Source: Candidatus Omnitrophota bacterium
GTDB lineage: Bacteria; Omnitrophota; Gorgyraeia; JABMRN01
Direction of reading: 5' to 3'
NCBI GenBank assembly: GCA_013202515.1
Contig: JABMRN010000207.1
Span: 1-26,361 of the forward strand
Length of the DNA: 26,361 bases
This document shows positions 17,718 to 26,361 of the stretch, in pieces (within the stretch, counting starts at the first letter, position 1; every line of letters begins with the position of its first letter). The translations under genes were made by a program, and so were the position numbers. The notes below the pieces were generated by a model. It searched no databases, was not told the origin of the DNA, and saw only the letters and a list, made by a program, of their open reading frames with translations.

Positions 17718-18859
17718 AGCACTATCCGCTCTTTAAGCTTAGTGTAGAGAAAGCGGCCGTACTCTCTTTGACCCTTTTTGGTAAAATGGGGATCCCAATC
17801 CAGGTATATCTCATCCAGACTAAAGCCTTCTAAGTAATCATAGGGATCTAAGAATACGATATTCTCTGCTTTGCAGAATATTTTCAACTTATCCTGATAG
17901 TACCTCTTCTCTTTAAAATTAAACTGCTCTTTGGGCGGCAATGCAGCAATAACGAAAACTATGCCTTTATTTTTGCAAATTTCGTTGATGCCTTTCAGAT
18001 AGCCTAGCGAATCCTTCCATCCTTTTTGTATATCCGTATTTTTTTCTGGATCTGCTGGGCTAGGAAAATACCTGTAATACGCTTTCATTATTACTTTTGC
18101 TAAGATAAAATGTTTAAAAAACCATTTACCGATCTTTGAGCTCGGATCTCTGGCAGTCCAATAACCCACCACTTTGTGTTCAACGATATCAAAATCATTC
18201 GGAAAATAATTAAGAAGAACCATGTCAATATCTAGGAGGGGCGCAAGATCAACGAATCTGTAATATTCTTCCCGCGTGCTGTAACCGCTTACACCTGCAT
18301 TTAAAACCCTTATGTTGAGATTATCTTTAAGGCCTAATCTTTCAATGCAAGCGGAAAAGGTATCAGTATCATTAACGTAACAGCCTTCGGTAAATGAATC
18401 GCCAAGCATCAGAATAATGAAGTCCTCGCTTCTTCCATTTAATGCATCATTTCCGGTTTTTCTGAAACCTGCTTCATCATAATTTTTTAAATATTTCATA
18501 CCGACGAATTCATCTAAAAACCTTTTGTTATCGTCATTAACAAGCATTGACATATGCTCTATGCGCTCATTCATTATTAGCGCAATTGTAGATTCAGGCC
18601 TAGGTTTATAGTATTTATCCCCCTCAAATAAATAGAGTTCCGGAGAAATCCATACGTAATTGTTGAAAAGTATTATATTTTTCTTTCTTTCCTTGTGTAA
18701 TTCTATAAGCTCTTTTTCGCAGGGATGATATGTCTGTTCGGCTTGCTCATTCTTAAAGAAAGATTTCCGCACTTTTTCACCAGCTCGCAAGACTAGCTCA
18801 GTTGCGGCTATCAGAAGAATTATTAGTATCGTATAATACAGCTTACTTTTTAGTTGCAA
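17714..18859 (-). CDS. Membrane-anchored SGNH/GDSL hydrolase-family protein
   Basis: N-terminal TM helix, block I LGDSFTEG, block II LNAGVSGY, block III YFPND and block V WDPHF; TTG start with a GGAG RBS. Confidence 0.85.
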   Translation of the reverse strand: MQLKSKLYYTILIILLIAATELVLRAGEKVRKSFFKNEQAEQTYHPCEKELIELHKERKKNIILFNNYVWISPELYLFEGDKYYKPRPESTIALIMNERIEHMSMLVNDDNKRFLDEFVGMKYLKNYDEAGFRKTGNDALNGRSEDFIILMLGDSFTEGCYVNDTDTFSACIERLGLKDNLNIRVLNAGVSGYSTREEYYRFVDLAPLLDIDMVLLNYFPNDFDIVEHKVVGYWTARDPSSKIGKWFFKHFILAKVIMKAYYRYFPSPADPEKNTDIQKGWKDSLGYLKGINEICKNKGIVFVIAALPPKEQFNFKEKRYYQDKLKIFCKAENIVFLDPYDYLEGFSLDEIYLDWDPHFTKKGQREYGRFLYTKLKERIVL

Positions 18860-18888
18860 GACGATTTCTCCATTTAGTTATGGTCACT

Positions 18889-18927
18889 AAAAAATCGGCT
18901 CCGAATCTGCATGCGGAGCCGATTTTT
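18889..18927. terminator. Rho-independent terminator (potentially bidirectional)
   Basis: Perfect 9 bp GC-rich stem TCGGCTCCG/CGGAGCCGA with a 10 nt loop, flanked by A6 and T5 tracts, 14 bp beyond the cysteine hydrolase stop. Confidence 0.85.
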
Positions 18928-18941
18928 GATCTCATATAAAT

Positions 18942-19514
18942 TTACCCTAATAAGTTCTTTGCATCAGATGCTTTAATAATGTTAGTGCCGATGTTTTTCA
19001 TGTCGAGTATATTAGCTTGGTGAATTTCCATAGTCTGGGCAGCAGAGGCATCCTCCACAAGATACGTATTGTAGTTATACGCCATAGCATCAAACGCTGT
19101 TGCTCTTATACAATTAGGCGTTTGAATACCGGTTAAAACAAGGTTCTTTATCTCAAGTGACCTGAGCATATAATCCAAATCCGTATTCATGAAGCTCGAC
19201 ATTCGTATCTTCTTTACAAGGTATTCTGCGCCTTTGGGTTTAATATCGTCGATAATTTCTGCACCCTTTGTTCCGACTACCGCAAATGCTTTTTTGCGGA
19301 ATTTATCTTTTCTTGTAACCTCTACGTCGCTTCCATCGGGCCTATGGACCCTGACAATATGAAATATTGGTGCTTTCTTCTTCCTGAACTCTTCTAGAAC
19401 CTCCTTAATATTATCAATTATTCCAAGGGCTCCTTTTACCATCATCGGCGCGCCTTCAAGCACAAAATCCTTCTGCATATCGATGATAAGTAAGGCTGTG
19501 TCTTTATCGTTCAA
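18942..19514 (-). CDS. Isochorismatase-family cysteine hydrolase
   Basis: LLIIDMQKDF (Asp), KIRMSSF (Lys) and GIQTPNCIRAT (Cys) triad motifs. The TTG start overlaps the upstream TGA. Confidence 0.9.
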   Translation of the reverse strand: MNDKDTALLIIDMQKDFVLEGAPMMVKGALGIIDNIKEVLEEFRKKKAPIFHIVRVHRPDGSDVEVTRKDKFRKKAFAVVGTKGAEIIDDIKPKGAEYLVKKIRMSSFMNTDLDYMLRSLEIKNLVLTGIQTPNCIRATAFDAMAYNYNTYLVEDASAAQTMEIHQANILDMKNIGTNIIKASDAKNLLG

Positions 19515-20029
19515 AATTCCTCCAGCATTCTTTTTATGTCATTGGGGGCAGACTTGATAACCTGGCTGCATATAAAAATCAAAACCGAAAACTGCCAACA
19601 GTCCTCCGGTCCAACCATAAGACCGGTATCTGTATTTTCTTCCCTCTCCAGGATGTTTGAATAATGCTTGATTGCCTTTTTTAGACTGCCCTCGTATATA
19701 TCCAAAACCGAGGTCATATTGTTATATTTAAAAGACGGAAACCTTATGCCTCTTACAAAGAGAAAATTTGTAAGCATATCTTTTCCTACCTTCATATCCT
19801 TTTCAAACTCAAAACCCTCGAATTGCGGTGAATTAGGAGGAAGCAAAATTGAGGGCTTTTCTACGACAAGCATGCCCTTTCTGATAACAGTGTCCCCCTG
19901 ATTGACCGAGGATTCACCTAAGAAAACATACGGCATATTCGTTTCACGAAAAGTCTTAAGCCCCTGGATAGACGGCCTGACGATCTCCGTTTTATGTAAT
20001 GCCTTCTCCCACATTTCCTGTATATTCAT
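19511..20029 (-). CDS. Hypothetical protein
   Basis: 172-aa ORF packed between neighbours (2 bp gap upstream, 4 bp overlap downstream) with globular composition; no motif I can assign. Confidence 0.75.
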   Translation of the reverse strand: MNIQEMWEKALHKTEIVRPSIQGLKTFRETNMPYVFLGESSVNQGDTVIRKGMLVVEKPSILLPPNSPQFEGFEFEKDMKVGKDMLTNFLFVRGIRFPSFKYNNMTSVLDIYEGSLKKAIKHYSNILEREENTDTGLMVGPEDCWQFSVLIFICSQVIKSAPNDIKRMLEEF

Positions 20030-20031
20030 AG

Positions 20032-21249
20032 TTAATGTATTTCTCCTGCTTTTTTCAACATTGCCTTCGTAGTGATAGGACCTAGAAACTCATTTATAAC
20101 CGTTGCACCTATTATAACGCTTATAATTATATCTGCGATTGCATCAAAAGCAGCATTTTGTTTTATCATAAGAGCAAGCCCCACAACGACTCCGCCCTGA
20201 GGTACAAGGCCTCCTGCTGTATATTTTTTAATGGCAGGTGATGCTCCAGCTACTTTGGCACCTATAAATGTGCCTAAATATTTTCCTGCTATCCTTAAAA
20301 ATATGAAAAATATAATAAAAATCATTGCCGTAGGTATAACGGAAAGGTTAAGCTGCATACAGCTTAATGTAAAAAAAAGAACATAAATTAGTTTTTCTAT
20401 ATACCTCTCGATAACCTTAAATATAACATCCCTTTTGGGATTGAAGTTAACCACAACAATGCCCATTGTCATTATCGCCAATAGCTCATCTCCTCCGATT
20501 AACCCAGAAATACCGAAACAAAGCGACAGTAAGCCAAAAATAAGGACGATAAAAACTCCTTCTGTATGCTTTTTCAAGAAAGAGGTTAAATAATTAAAAA
20601 TACACCCGAAGGCTATGCCAATAGCTAACGACCCCCCTATCACAGCAAGTGGATGCAGAACTGATCCACTCAAACTAAAATGCTTGTGCATAACCAGGGT
20701 CTCGGCCAAAACAATAGCAACGCTAAAATTCATAATACCTAGAACATCGTCTAGGGCGGCAACCCCCAGTATCGTATCAGAGACCTGACCATGGGCGCCA
20801 TATTCGTTTCTAACGGCAATAGCAATGGATGGATCCGTAGGGGCTCCTAAGCTACCGATTAAGATGCTGATAGGTATGCAAACGGTAAGCCATATCGGTC
20901 CGCTTGTCTTCATGACAAGTGGAGCTATTAACAGAAACCCAGCAGTAATTACAAAAAATGTAATCTCTGCTTCAAAAAAAGTAATACTTAAAATACCCTT
21001 GCCTAATTCCTTCAATCTTGGATAGAACAAAGTGCCACCAATAAAAAATGCTATGAATGCAAGTGCTACGTTGGCAACAGGAAGAGCATGTGAAGGAAAA
21101 TCCGCGGGTATAAAACTAGAAATATCCGGATTAAGTAATATTCCGGCAAGAATATATCCGGTAACCTTAGGTAATTTTAATTTGCCTGCTAGCTCGCCGC
21201 AAATAAAACCGGAAAGAACTATAATACCTACAACTAATAATGGCTCCAT
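20032..21249 (-). CDS. Cation:proton antiporter (CPA2 / Na+(K+)/H+ exchanger)
   Basis: LPKVTGYILAGILL, APTDP, ALDD and PQGGV motifs with many TM segments. Confidence 0.9.
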   Translation of the reverse strand: MEPLLVVGIIVLSGFICGELAGKLKLPKVTGYILAGILLNPDISSFIPADFPSHALPVANVALAFIAFFIGGTLFYPRLKELGKGILSITFFEAEITFFVITAGFLLIAPLVMKTSGPIWLTVCIPISILIGSLGAPTDPSIAIAVRNEYGAHGQVSDTILGVAALDDVLGIMNFSVAIVLAETLVMHKHFSLSGSVLHPLAVIGGSLAIGIAFGCIFNYLTSFLKKHTEGVFIVLIFGLLSLCFGISGLIGGDELLAIMTMGIVVVNFNPKRDVIFKVIERYIEKLIYVLFFTLSCMQLNLSVIPTAMIFIIFFIFLRIAGKYLGTFIGAKVAGASPAIKKYTAGGLVPQGGVVVGLALMIKQNAAFDAIADIIISVIIGATVINEFLGPITTKAMLKKAGEIH

Positions 21250-21262
21250 GCGTAAACGTTTT

Positions 21263-21862
21263 CTATTGTTTATCTTCTGGACTTAACAACGTGTGATACA
21301 AAATTTTTCTGCATGTACAAAAATTTCCTAAATGACATAAAGCGATTTTACTGGCCTTAAAATGTATCTCCGGTATATCTAGCGATGCCTCTCCGGAACC
21401 TAGCGTTATATGTGGTGTAAATTTATCAAAAGCAGATTCGGCGCGAAAATGTTTAATATAATCTATTGTAAGAGCGTTTATCTTCCCGCCGGATTTATTT
21501 ATCATCGTCTTGTCAACATCATAGGTCAAATAAGGTTCTAACTCGTTCATGACTGTTTCGTGCAATAATTTGAGAAAGGAATTATTATAGATTTCAAAAC
21601 AAGCTTTATCAGTTGGGCCCGACAAGGTTTTTAAGCTAAGGGTTTTGTTTTTTTCCGCGATTTGTTTTAAAATTTTTCCTATTTTCGCAAGATCATTATC
21701 GTCCATGCAACCCATTGCAAGCGTAATATGCGGCAAGCAGTCTTTCTTGTTTAATTTGATGTTGCTTTCTAATGATGTAGCGATTTTCTTGTTTAGTTCA
21801 ATTGCTCTGCCCATTATTTCCTCAGATGGGAGCAATGCAACATCTACAGCCTTCTTGCCCAT
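21263..21862 (-). CDS. 2H phosphoesterase (2'-5' RNA ligase superfamily)
   Basis: Two HxT motifs: LPHITLAMG and FTPHITLG. Confidence 0.85.
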   Translation of the reverse strand: MGKKAVDVALLPSEEIMGRAIELNKKIATSLESNIKLNKKDCLPHITLAMGCMDDNDLAKIGKILKQIAEKNKTLSLKTLSGPTDKACFEIYNNSFLKLLHETVMNELEPYLTYDVDKTMINKSGGKINALTIDYIKHFRAESAFDKFTPHITLGSGEASLDIPEIHFKASKIALCHLGNFCTCRKILYHTLLSPEDKQ

Positions 21863-23448
21863 TAACTCATCCCCATACTCAAAAAACCTTTTAGCTTTCT
21901 TGCCCTGATAGGATGACGTAGCTTCTTGAGCGCTTTTGCCTCTATCTGTCTGACCCTTTCCCTTGTGACCTTGAATATTGCGCCTACTTCTTCAAGGGTC
22001 CTTGGATAACCGTCACCAATTCCGAATCTAAGCCTCAGGACCTTTTTCTCCCTTTCCGTCAACGTTGAGAGAACGTCATCCATCTGTTCTTTAAGCATTG
22101 TATAGGCTGTAGCATTCGCCGGTGAAACAGCCCTTTTATCCTCTATAAAGTCTCCAAAGTGGGTATCTCCTTCATCCCCAATCGGTGTCTGAAGCGATAT
22201 AGGCTCCTGTGCTATTTTTAATATCCCCTTTACCTTTGAGGATGGTATTCTCATTGTATGCGCGATTTCTTCCGGAGTCGGCTCTCTCCCTGTTTCCTGG
22301 ACAAGGGCACGGGAAACCCTTATAAGCTTATTTATGGTTTCCGTCATGTGAACCGGAATTCTGATAGTACGTGACTGGTCAGCAATGGATCGGGTAATAG
22401 CCTGCCTTATCCACCACGTAGCGTATGTTGAGAACTTATAACCCCTCTTATACTCAAACTTATCAACAGCCTTCATGAGGCCGATGTTACCCTCCTGAAT
22501 AAGATCCAAAAACGACAGTCCCCTATTTGTATATTTTTTTGCAATACTAACAACAAGCCTCAAATTTGCGGCAACGAGCTCCTTCTTCGCCTTTAAGTAT
22601 TTGGTTTCCCGCATCTTCATCTCGCGGATAAAAATGCACACAACGTCGAATTTTTCTCCGAATGCTCTCTCTATTTGACGCCGCCTCTTATTTGCCTCTT
22701 CACGCTTTCGGGCAACCATCTTTTTTGAAGGAGACAATTGCTTTTCCAAACGCTCAACATCACCAAACGCTTCTTTAATCTTATTGGATAAATCCTCGAT
22801 AGCAGATATTGCCAGATCCAGTTTGAATAGCGTTTTTGTTGCCTTCTCCCTGTTGTGAGTTCTTCTAAGCATCTTAAGTAAAGCCAGGGTTTTTCTATTC
22901 ACGGATGAATAGTTGGCTGCAAGATCTATGTCGAGCACTTCATCGAGACTCAAATTTTTCTCAATAACTTCGTCCAATATATTAACAACATAATCTTTAA
23001 CCATCTTGGCGGAAAGAACAGTCTTTCGGAATTTTGCCTCCCAGGATTTAATTTTTTCAGCAAGGGTTACCTCTTGTTCCCTTGTCAAAAGCGGTATCTG
23101 GCCCATTTGCCGCAGATACATCTTAACAGGGTCGTCGGTTTGCACGTATCTTTCTGATACATTCTCCGACATCTTCGGATGTCTTGTAGAAATCGAACTT
23201 CCAACGGCCTCTTCGGCGTCCTTACCCTTTTCTACCAACTTAATGTTTTCGCTCTCGAGCTTAACCATCACCTTGTCAATAACGTCTGACGCAACTATGT
23301 TTTTGGGCAATATTTCATTGATTTCGTCAAAGGTAAGCTGACCTTTGATCTTACCGGCGGCGATCAACTTTTCGAGACCCTTGATCTTTCGCTTGGTTTT
23401 TCTTTTTAATTTTCGTCGCATTTTTATTTTTCTTTTTTTCTTCGCCAT
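21862..23448 (-). CDS. rpoD: Primary RNA polymerase sigma factor
   Basis: Region 1.1 ([13 protein letters not shown]), 1.2 ([12 protein letters not shown]), region 2 ([12 protein letters not shown]...[17 protein letters not shown]...[19 protein letters not shown]) and region 4 (TLEEVG...[14 protein letters not shown]). Confidence 0.98.
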   Translation of the reverse strand: MAKKKRKIKMRRKLKRKTKRKIKGLEKLIAAGKIKGQLTFDEINEILPKNIVASDVIDKVMVKLESENIKLVEKGKDAEEAVGSSISTRHPKMSENVSERYVQTDDPVKMYLRQMGQIPLLTREQEVTLAEKIKSWEAKFRKTVLSAKMVKDYVVNILDEVIEKNLSLDEVLDIDLAANYSSVNRKTLALLKMLRRTHNREKATKTLFKLDLAISAIEDLSNKIKEAFGDVERLEKQLSPSKKMVARKREEANKRRRQIERAFGEKFDVVCIFIREMKMRETKYLKAKKELVAANLRLVVSIAKKYTNRGLSFLDLIQEGNIGLMKAVDKFEYKRGYKFSTYATWWIRQAITRSIADQSRTIRIPVHMTETINKLIRVSRALVQETGREPTPEEIAHTMRIPSSKVKGILKIAQEPISLQTPIGDEGDTHFGDFIEDKRAVSPANATAYTMLKEQMDDVLSTLTEREKKVLRLRFGIGDGYPRTLEEVGAIFKVTRERVRQIEAKALKKLRHPIRARKLKGFLSMGMS

Positions 23449-23459
23449 ATATTTTCTCG

Positions 23460-25229
23460 CTATCGCTTCGCGTGTGACTTGATCAACGTATTGTACTCCG
23501 ACACTAGCTGAGTCACAGTCTCTGAATCGTTGGATTGCTGTGCAGTGCGGATTCCGTCTTGAAGCGATTTAAGTCTTTCTCGGATGTTATCCTTTATTAT
23601 ACTGTTAATGCAGTCATTAATCGTCTTTTCTTTATTAGCAATGGTTTCTCGTATGCTAACCGCTTCTGAAATCAAATTATGCATAACGCTGTCATCGAAT
23701 TGGTTTATTATCTTGCTCGGACTAATCTTATTATTATTCTTAATTGAATTGTCGATTAACTCGATGACCTTCCTAACATTCTCGTCTTTGAACTCACTTT
23801 GGCCTAATTTTTCAGTAATATCACTAAGAGTTTCCGGTTCCTCCAGGACAACGCTTAATAAAAGCATTTCAGCGTGCCTCACCGGATTAGCCTTCTCTAC
23901 AGTCTTTTTCTGCGGCTCATGGTAAGAGTAACGGTCGGTCTTTGTTTTTTTAAGTTCGGCCTTAAATGCGGCTTCATCTATAGAAAGTGTATCAGAAAGT
24001 TTTTTTAGAAAAGCTGCTTTTAAAATTTCGTTCGGTATGCGCGCTATTGTTGGTAGCATCAGGGTTGCAATTGCGGTCTTTCCACGAACGCCGTTCTTAT
24101 TATACCTTTTGCTCAAGAGATCCATCTTGTAATCAAAAAGGTCTTTGGAAGTTTTTACTATAACCTCAAACGCTTCCCTTCCCTCTTTTCTCATGAAGCT
24201 GTCAGGGTCGTACCCTTTTGGCAACGTAGCAACTCTAACATTTAGGTCTTGCGAAACAAGCAAGTCAAGCCCCCTTAACGATGCATCCTCACCGGCTTTA
24301 TCAGGATCAAATATCATGACAACAGTCTTTGTAAACCGCTTGATGAGTCTCACTTGTTGGGTAGTAAGCGCAGTGCCCAGGGTAGCAACGATATTCCTTA
24401 CACCATGCTGAAATGGCATCATCAAGTCCAGGTACCCCTCCACGATAATTGCGTAGTTCTTGTCTCTTATGTATTTCTTGCTGAAATTCAAACCGTAAAG
24501 ATGCTTACCTTTTGTGAAAAGAGGGGTTTCTGGGGAATTGATGTATTTGGGCTGTGAATCTCCAAGAGTCCTTGCACCAAACGCTATTACCCTATCCCTC
24601 ACGTCAAAAATCGGAAAAATAACCCTATTCCTGAATCTGTCATAATAACCCTTGTCTTTTTCACTTGGAAGTATAAGCCCTGCCTTATGGGCTGCATCTA
24701 AGGGAATATTCTTGCCTTTTAAAAAATTTATGAGTCCTTCCCAGCCATTCGGCGCATATCCTAGACGGAAAGTCTTTACCGTGTCATCGCTTATGCCTCT
24801 CTCTTTAATATATCTGCGGCAAAGGGCACCGCCCTGGGATGAAAGGTTAGATCTGTAAAGGTTCTCTGCCGTTCCATTAATTGCTATAAGCCTTTGTATA
24901 AAACTGTCTTCGGTTGTTTCTCGAAAACTTGATTGTGGCATCTTTACGCCTACCTTTTCAGCGAGCATCCTTACCGCTTCTGGAAAAGACAGCTTATCGT
25001 ATTTAACCAAAAAGCCTATTGCATTACCACCCTGACCACATCCAAAACAATGATATATCTGTTTTTCGGGACTTACTACGAAAGACGGGGTTTTCTCATT
25101 ATGGAATGGACATGGTGCCTTGAAATTACGCCCAATCTTCTTCAAGGGTATGTGCGAAGAAATAACCTCTACAATATCGATCTTGTCGAGTATGCTATCT
25201 ATGATTTCATTCGGGATAAGCGATGTCAT
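23460..25229 (-). CDS. dnaG: DNA primase (start corrected from 25259 to the ATG at 25229)
   Basis: Zinc finger [11 protein letters not shown]...[40 protein letters not shown] and DPD motifs. The ATG at 25229 has an AAGGA RBS and an ATGA overlap with the upstream stop. Confidence 0.97.
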   Translation of the reverse strand: MTSLIPNEIIDSILDKIDIVEVISSHIPLKKIGRNFKAPCPFHNEKTPSFVVSPEKQIYHCFGCGQGGNAIGFLVKYDKLSFPEAVRMLAEKVGVKMPQSSFRETTEDSFIQRLIAINGTAENLYRSNLSSQGGALCRRYIKERGISDDTVKTFRLGYAPNGWEGLINFLKGKNIPLDAAHKAGLILPSEKDKGYYDRFRNRVIFPIFDVRDRVIAFGARTLGDSQPKYINSPETPLFTKGKHLYGLNFSKKYIRDKNYAIIVEGYLDLMMPFQHGVRNIVATLGTALTTQQVRLIKRFTKTVVMIFDPDKAGEDASLRGLDLLVSQDLNVRVATLPKGYDPDSFMRKEGREAFEVIVKTSKDLFDYKMDLLSKRYNKNGVRGKTAIATLMLPTIARIPNEILKAAFLKKLSDTLSIDEAAFKAELKKTKTDRYSYHEPQKKTVEKANPVRHAEMLLLSVVLEEPETLSDITEKLGQSEFKDENVRKVIELIDNSIKNNNKISPSKIINQFDDSVMHNLISEAVSIRETIANKEKTINDCINSIIKDNIRERLKSLQDGIRTAQQSNDSETVTQLVSEYNTLIKSHAKR

Positions 25230-26188
25230 CTTTCCTTTATTCTTACAAAGCCTGAACACTCTAAAATGTTAAACTCTTCTTTTCCTTTTCTCTGAATATC
25301 GTCCAAAAGCAGGTTTAATCCGAGATTGTCGCTAGCTATGTGTCCGGCCACAATAACGTTTATGTGTTCAGCCTTGGCTTTCTTAAAATGCGCCTCACTG
25401 AGATGCATTGCCACGATTGTATTTATGCCAGCCTGGGAAAGACGCGCAAAAACCTTGTCTGAGCCTTCTGTGCCACCAGTCATCTCCACAAAAACCTTGC
25501 AGGCATCATTTTTTTCTGCCCCCGCAATTAATCTAGGACCTGCCCCTCTTTCAGCGCCTATCCTAAATTCAGGAATCGACTTTAATAAGTTCAATGCATC
25601 TTTGACTTTACTTGGTTTTTTTTTGTCAAAAAGACTCTGCAGGTAATTGGCAACATAATTGTCAGCCGGGGTATGCACGCACATAAAGGCCATGTCAAGG
25701 TACTTAGCTGCGTCTACGCTTCTAGAATGATTCCTTGAGGACACGCTTCTGGAAACCTCTTTGATTCTTTCGTCAATCAAGGAATCTGCTATCTCTTTTT
25801 TTATACCCACATTCATCAGCACGTTTTTATGTAACTGCATTACCTCGTAAAAATTGGATAACGCAACTCCTTCGGGATGGTGCGACAACATGAGGTCTAC
25901 AGCTAGACCTTTTTCTGTCAGCCTGTCGCCCAGTAACAATTCCGGGGTCTCTATGTCAACGCCAACCATTATTGTTTTGATTTCTTTTTCGGGATTTCCG
26001 TATAATATTCTTGTATCTGAATAGGGCTGTCTCAGCTTTTCTTTGTCGAAGACTTTCTTGTCCACACCATTAAGTCTGTTAAACATGCGCTTGATGCTTT
26101 TAAGTTGGTTGTTAATTTGCTGCTTAGTTCTTGGATCCTTCTCGGTTCCAAGACTCACGCATAAATCATAAATCCTGCTAAGTTTCAT
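25226..26188 (-). CDS. NIF3 / DUF34-like dinuclear metal-binding protein
   Basis: VGVD, HHPEG, HTPADN and GHIASD metal-ligand motifs; GGAGG RBS at 26195-26199. Confidence 0.85.
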   Translation of the reverse strand: MKLSRIYDLCVSLGTEKDPRTKQQINNQLKSIKRMFNRLNGVDKKVFDKEKLRQPYSDTRILYGNPEKEIKTIMVGVDIETPELLLGDRLTEKGLAVDLMLSHHPEGVALSNFYEVMQLHKNVLMNVGIKKEIADSLIDERIKEVSRSVSSRNHSRSVDAAKYLDMAFMCVHTPADNYVANYLQSLFDKKKPSKVKDALNLLKSIPEFRIGAERGAGPRLIAGAEKNDACKVFVEMTGGTEGSDKVFARLSQAGINTIVAMHLSEAHFKKAKAEHINVIVAGHIASDNLGLNLLLDDIQRKGKEEFNILECSGFVRIKER

Positions 26189-26361
26189 GGGTAGCCTCCA
26201 TCTATCGAGCTCCTAATAGAAGCTCGGTAATATTAACCTTTTTTTCTTTTCGTTTTCTCTTTTTCTTCTTGCTTAGGCTTAAAGAATTGGAATTCGTAAT
26301 CCTTTTACTGTTTTAAACGATTAAGCATACTAGACGTTGTAATTTTTTCTTAATGATCTCC

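Noticed and set aside
5620-19514. M29-like protein plus isochorismatase-family enzyme as a nicotinate degradation pair (NicX/NicF-like)
   Set aside because: They are more than 12 kb apart in different transcription units and no other nic genes are present.
4674-25624. Homopolymer runs (G6 in GT87, A8 in the antiporter, T9 in NIF3) as phase-variation sites
   Set aside because: The runs are short, the frames are intact, and such runs are expected at this AT content.
85-25646. Plus-strand ORFs and short alternative-frame minus-strand ORFs in the track (e.g. 4093..4581, 5711..6055, 9878..10276, 16579..16953)
   Set aside because: They lie within or largely overlap well-supported minus-strand genes and show no recognisable motifs.
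26189-26361. K/R-rich minus-strand sequence upstream of NIF3, where rpsU might be expected
   Set aside because: All three minus frames hit a stop within 16 codons of the edge and no S21 motif is intact. The short CGAGCT/AGCTCG hairpin at 26206-26226 is too weak to call.
1-26361. CRISPR arrays, IS elements, prophage, tRNA or rRNA
   Set aside because: No spaced repeats, transposase or integrase motifs, or RNA-gene signatures seen; intergenic gaps are all under about 350 bp.

Overview
A 26.4 kb chromosomal window with 22 credible genes, all on the minus strand; the plus-strand ORFs in the track look like antisense shadows. In transcription order (right to left): (1) NIF3-like gene, dnaG, rpoD, 2H phosphoesterase, cation:proton antiporter, hypothetical protein and cysteine hydrolase, closed by a strong intrinsic terminator; (2) an SGNH hydrolase; (3) a tightly packed five-gene unit of GAF histidine kinase, lysophospholipase-like hydrolase, long-chain acyl-CoA/AMP ligase, GH3 acyl-amido synthetase and C45 Ntn hydrolase/acyltransferase; (4) a small secreted protein flanked by a ~27 bp imperfect inverted repeat; (5) retropepsin-like protease, pgi, putative outer-membrane barrel, methyltransferase, M29 aminopeptidase and PilZ protein; (6) an envelope glycosylation region with GT87, an HTH-DUF2079 fusion and a B12-binding radical SAM enzyme cut by the left edge. 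The five-gene GH3 unit is the best candidate for an undescribed system, possibly making and turning over a fatty-acyl amide lipid or signal. I saw no rRNA, tRNA, CRISPR array, transposase or integrase. The gene repertoire gives the impression of a PVC-group (Omnitrophota-like) diderm, but this is unverified. All family calls come from motif recognition by eye, not database searches.
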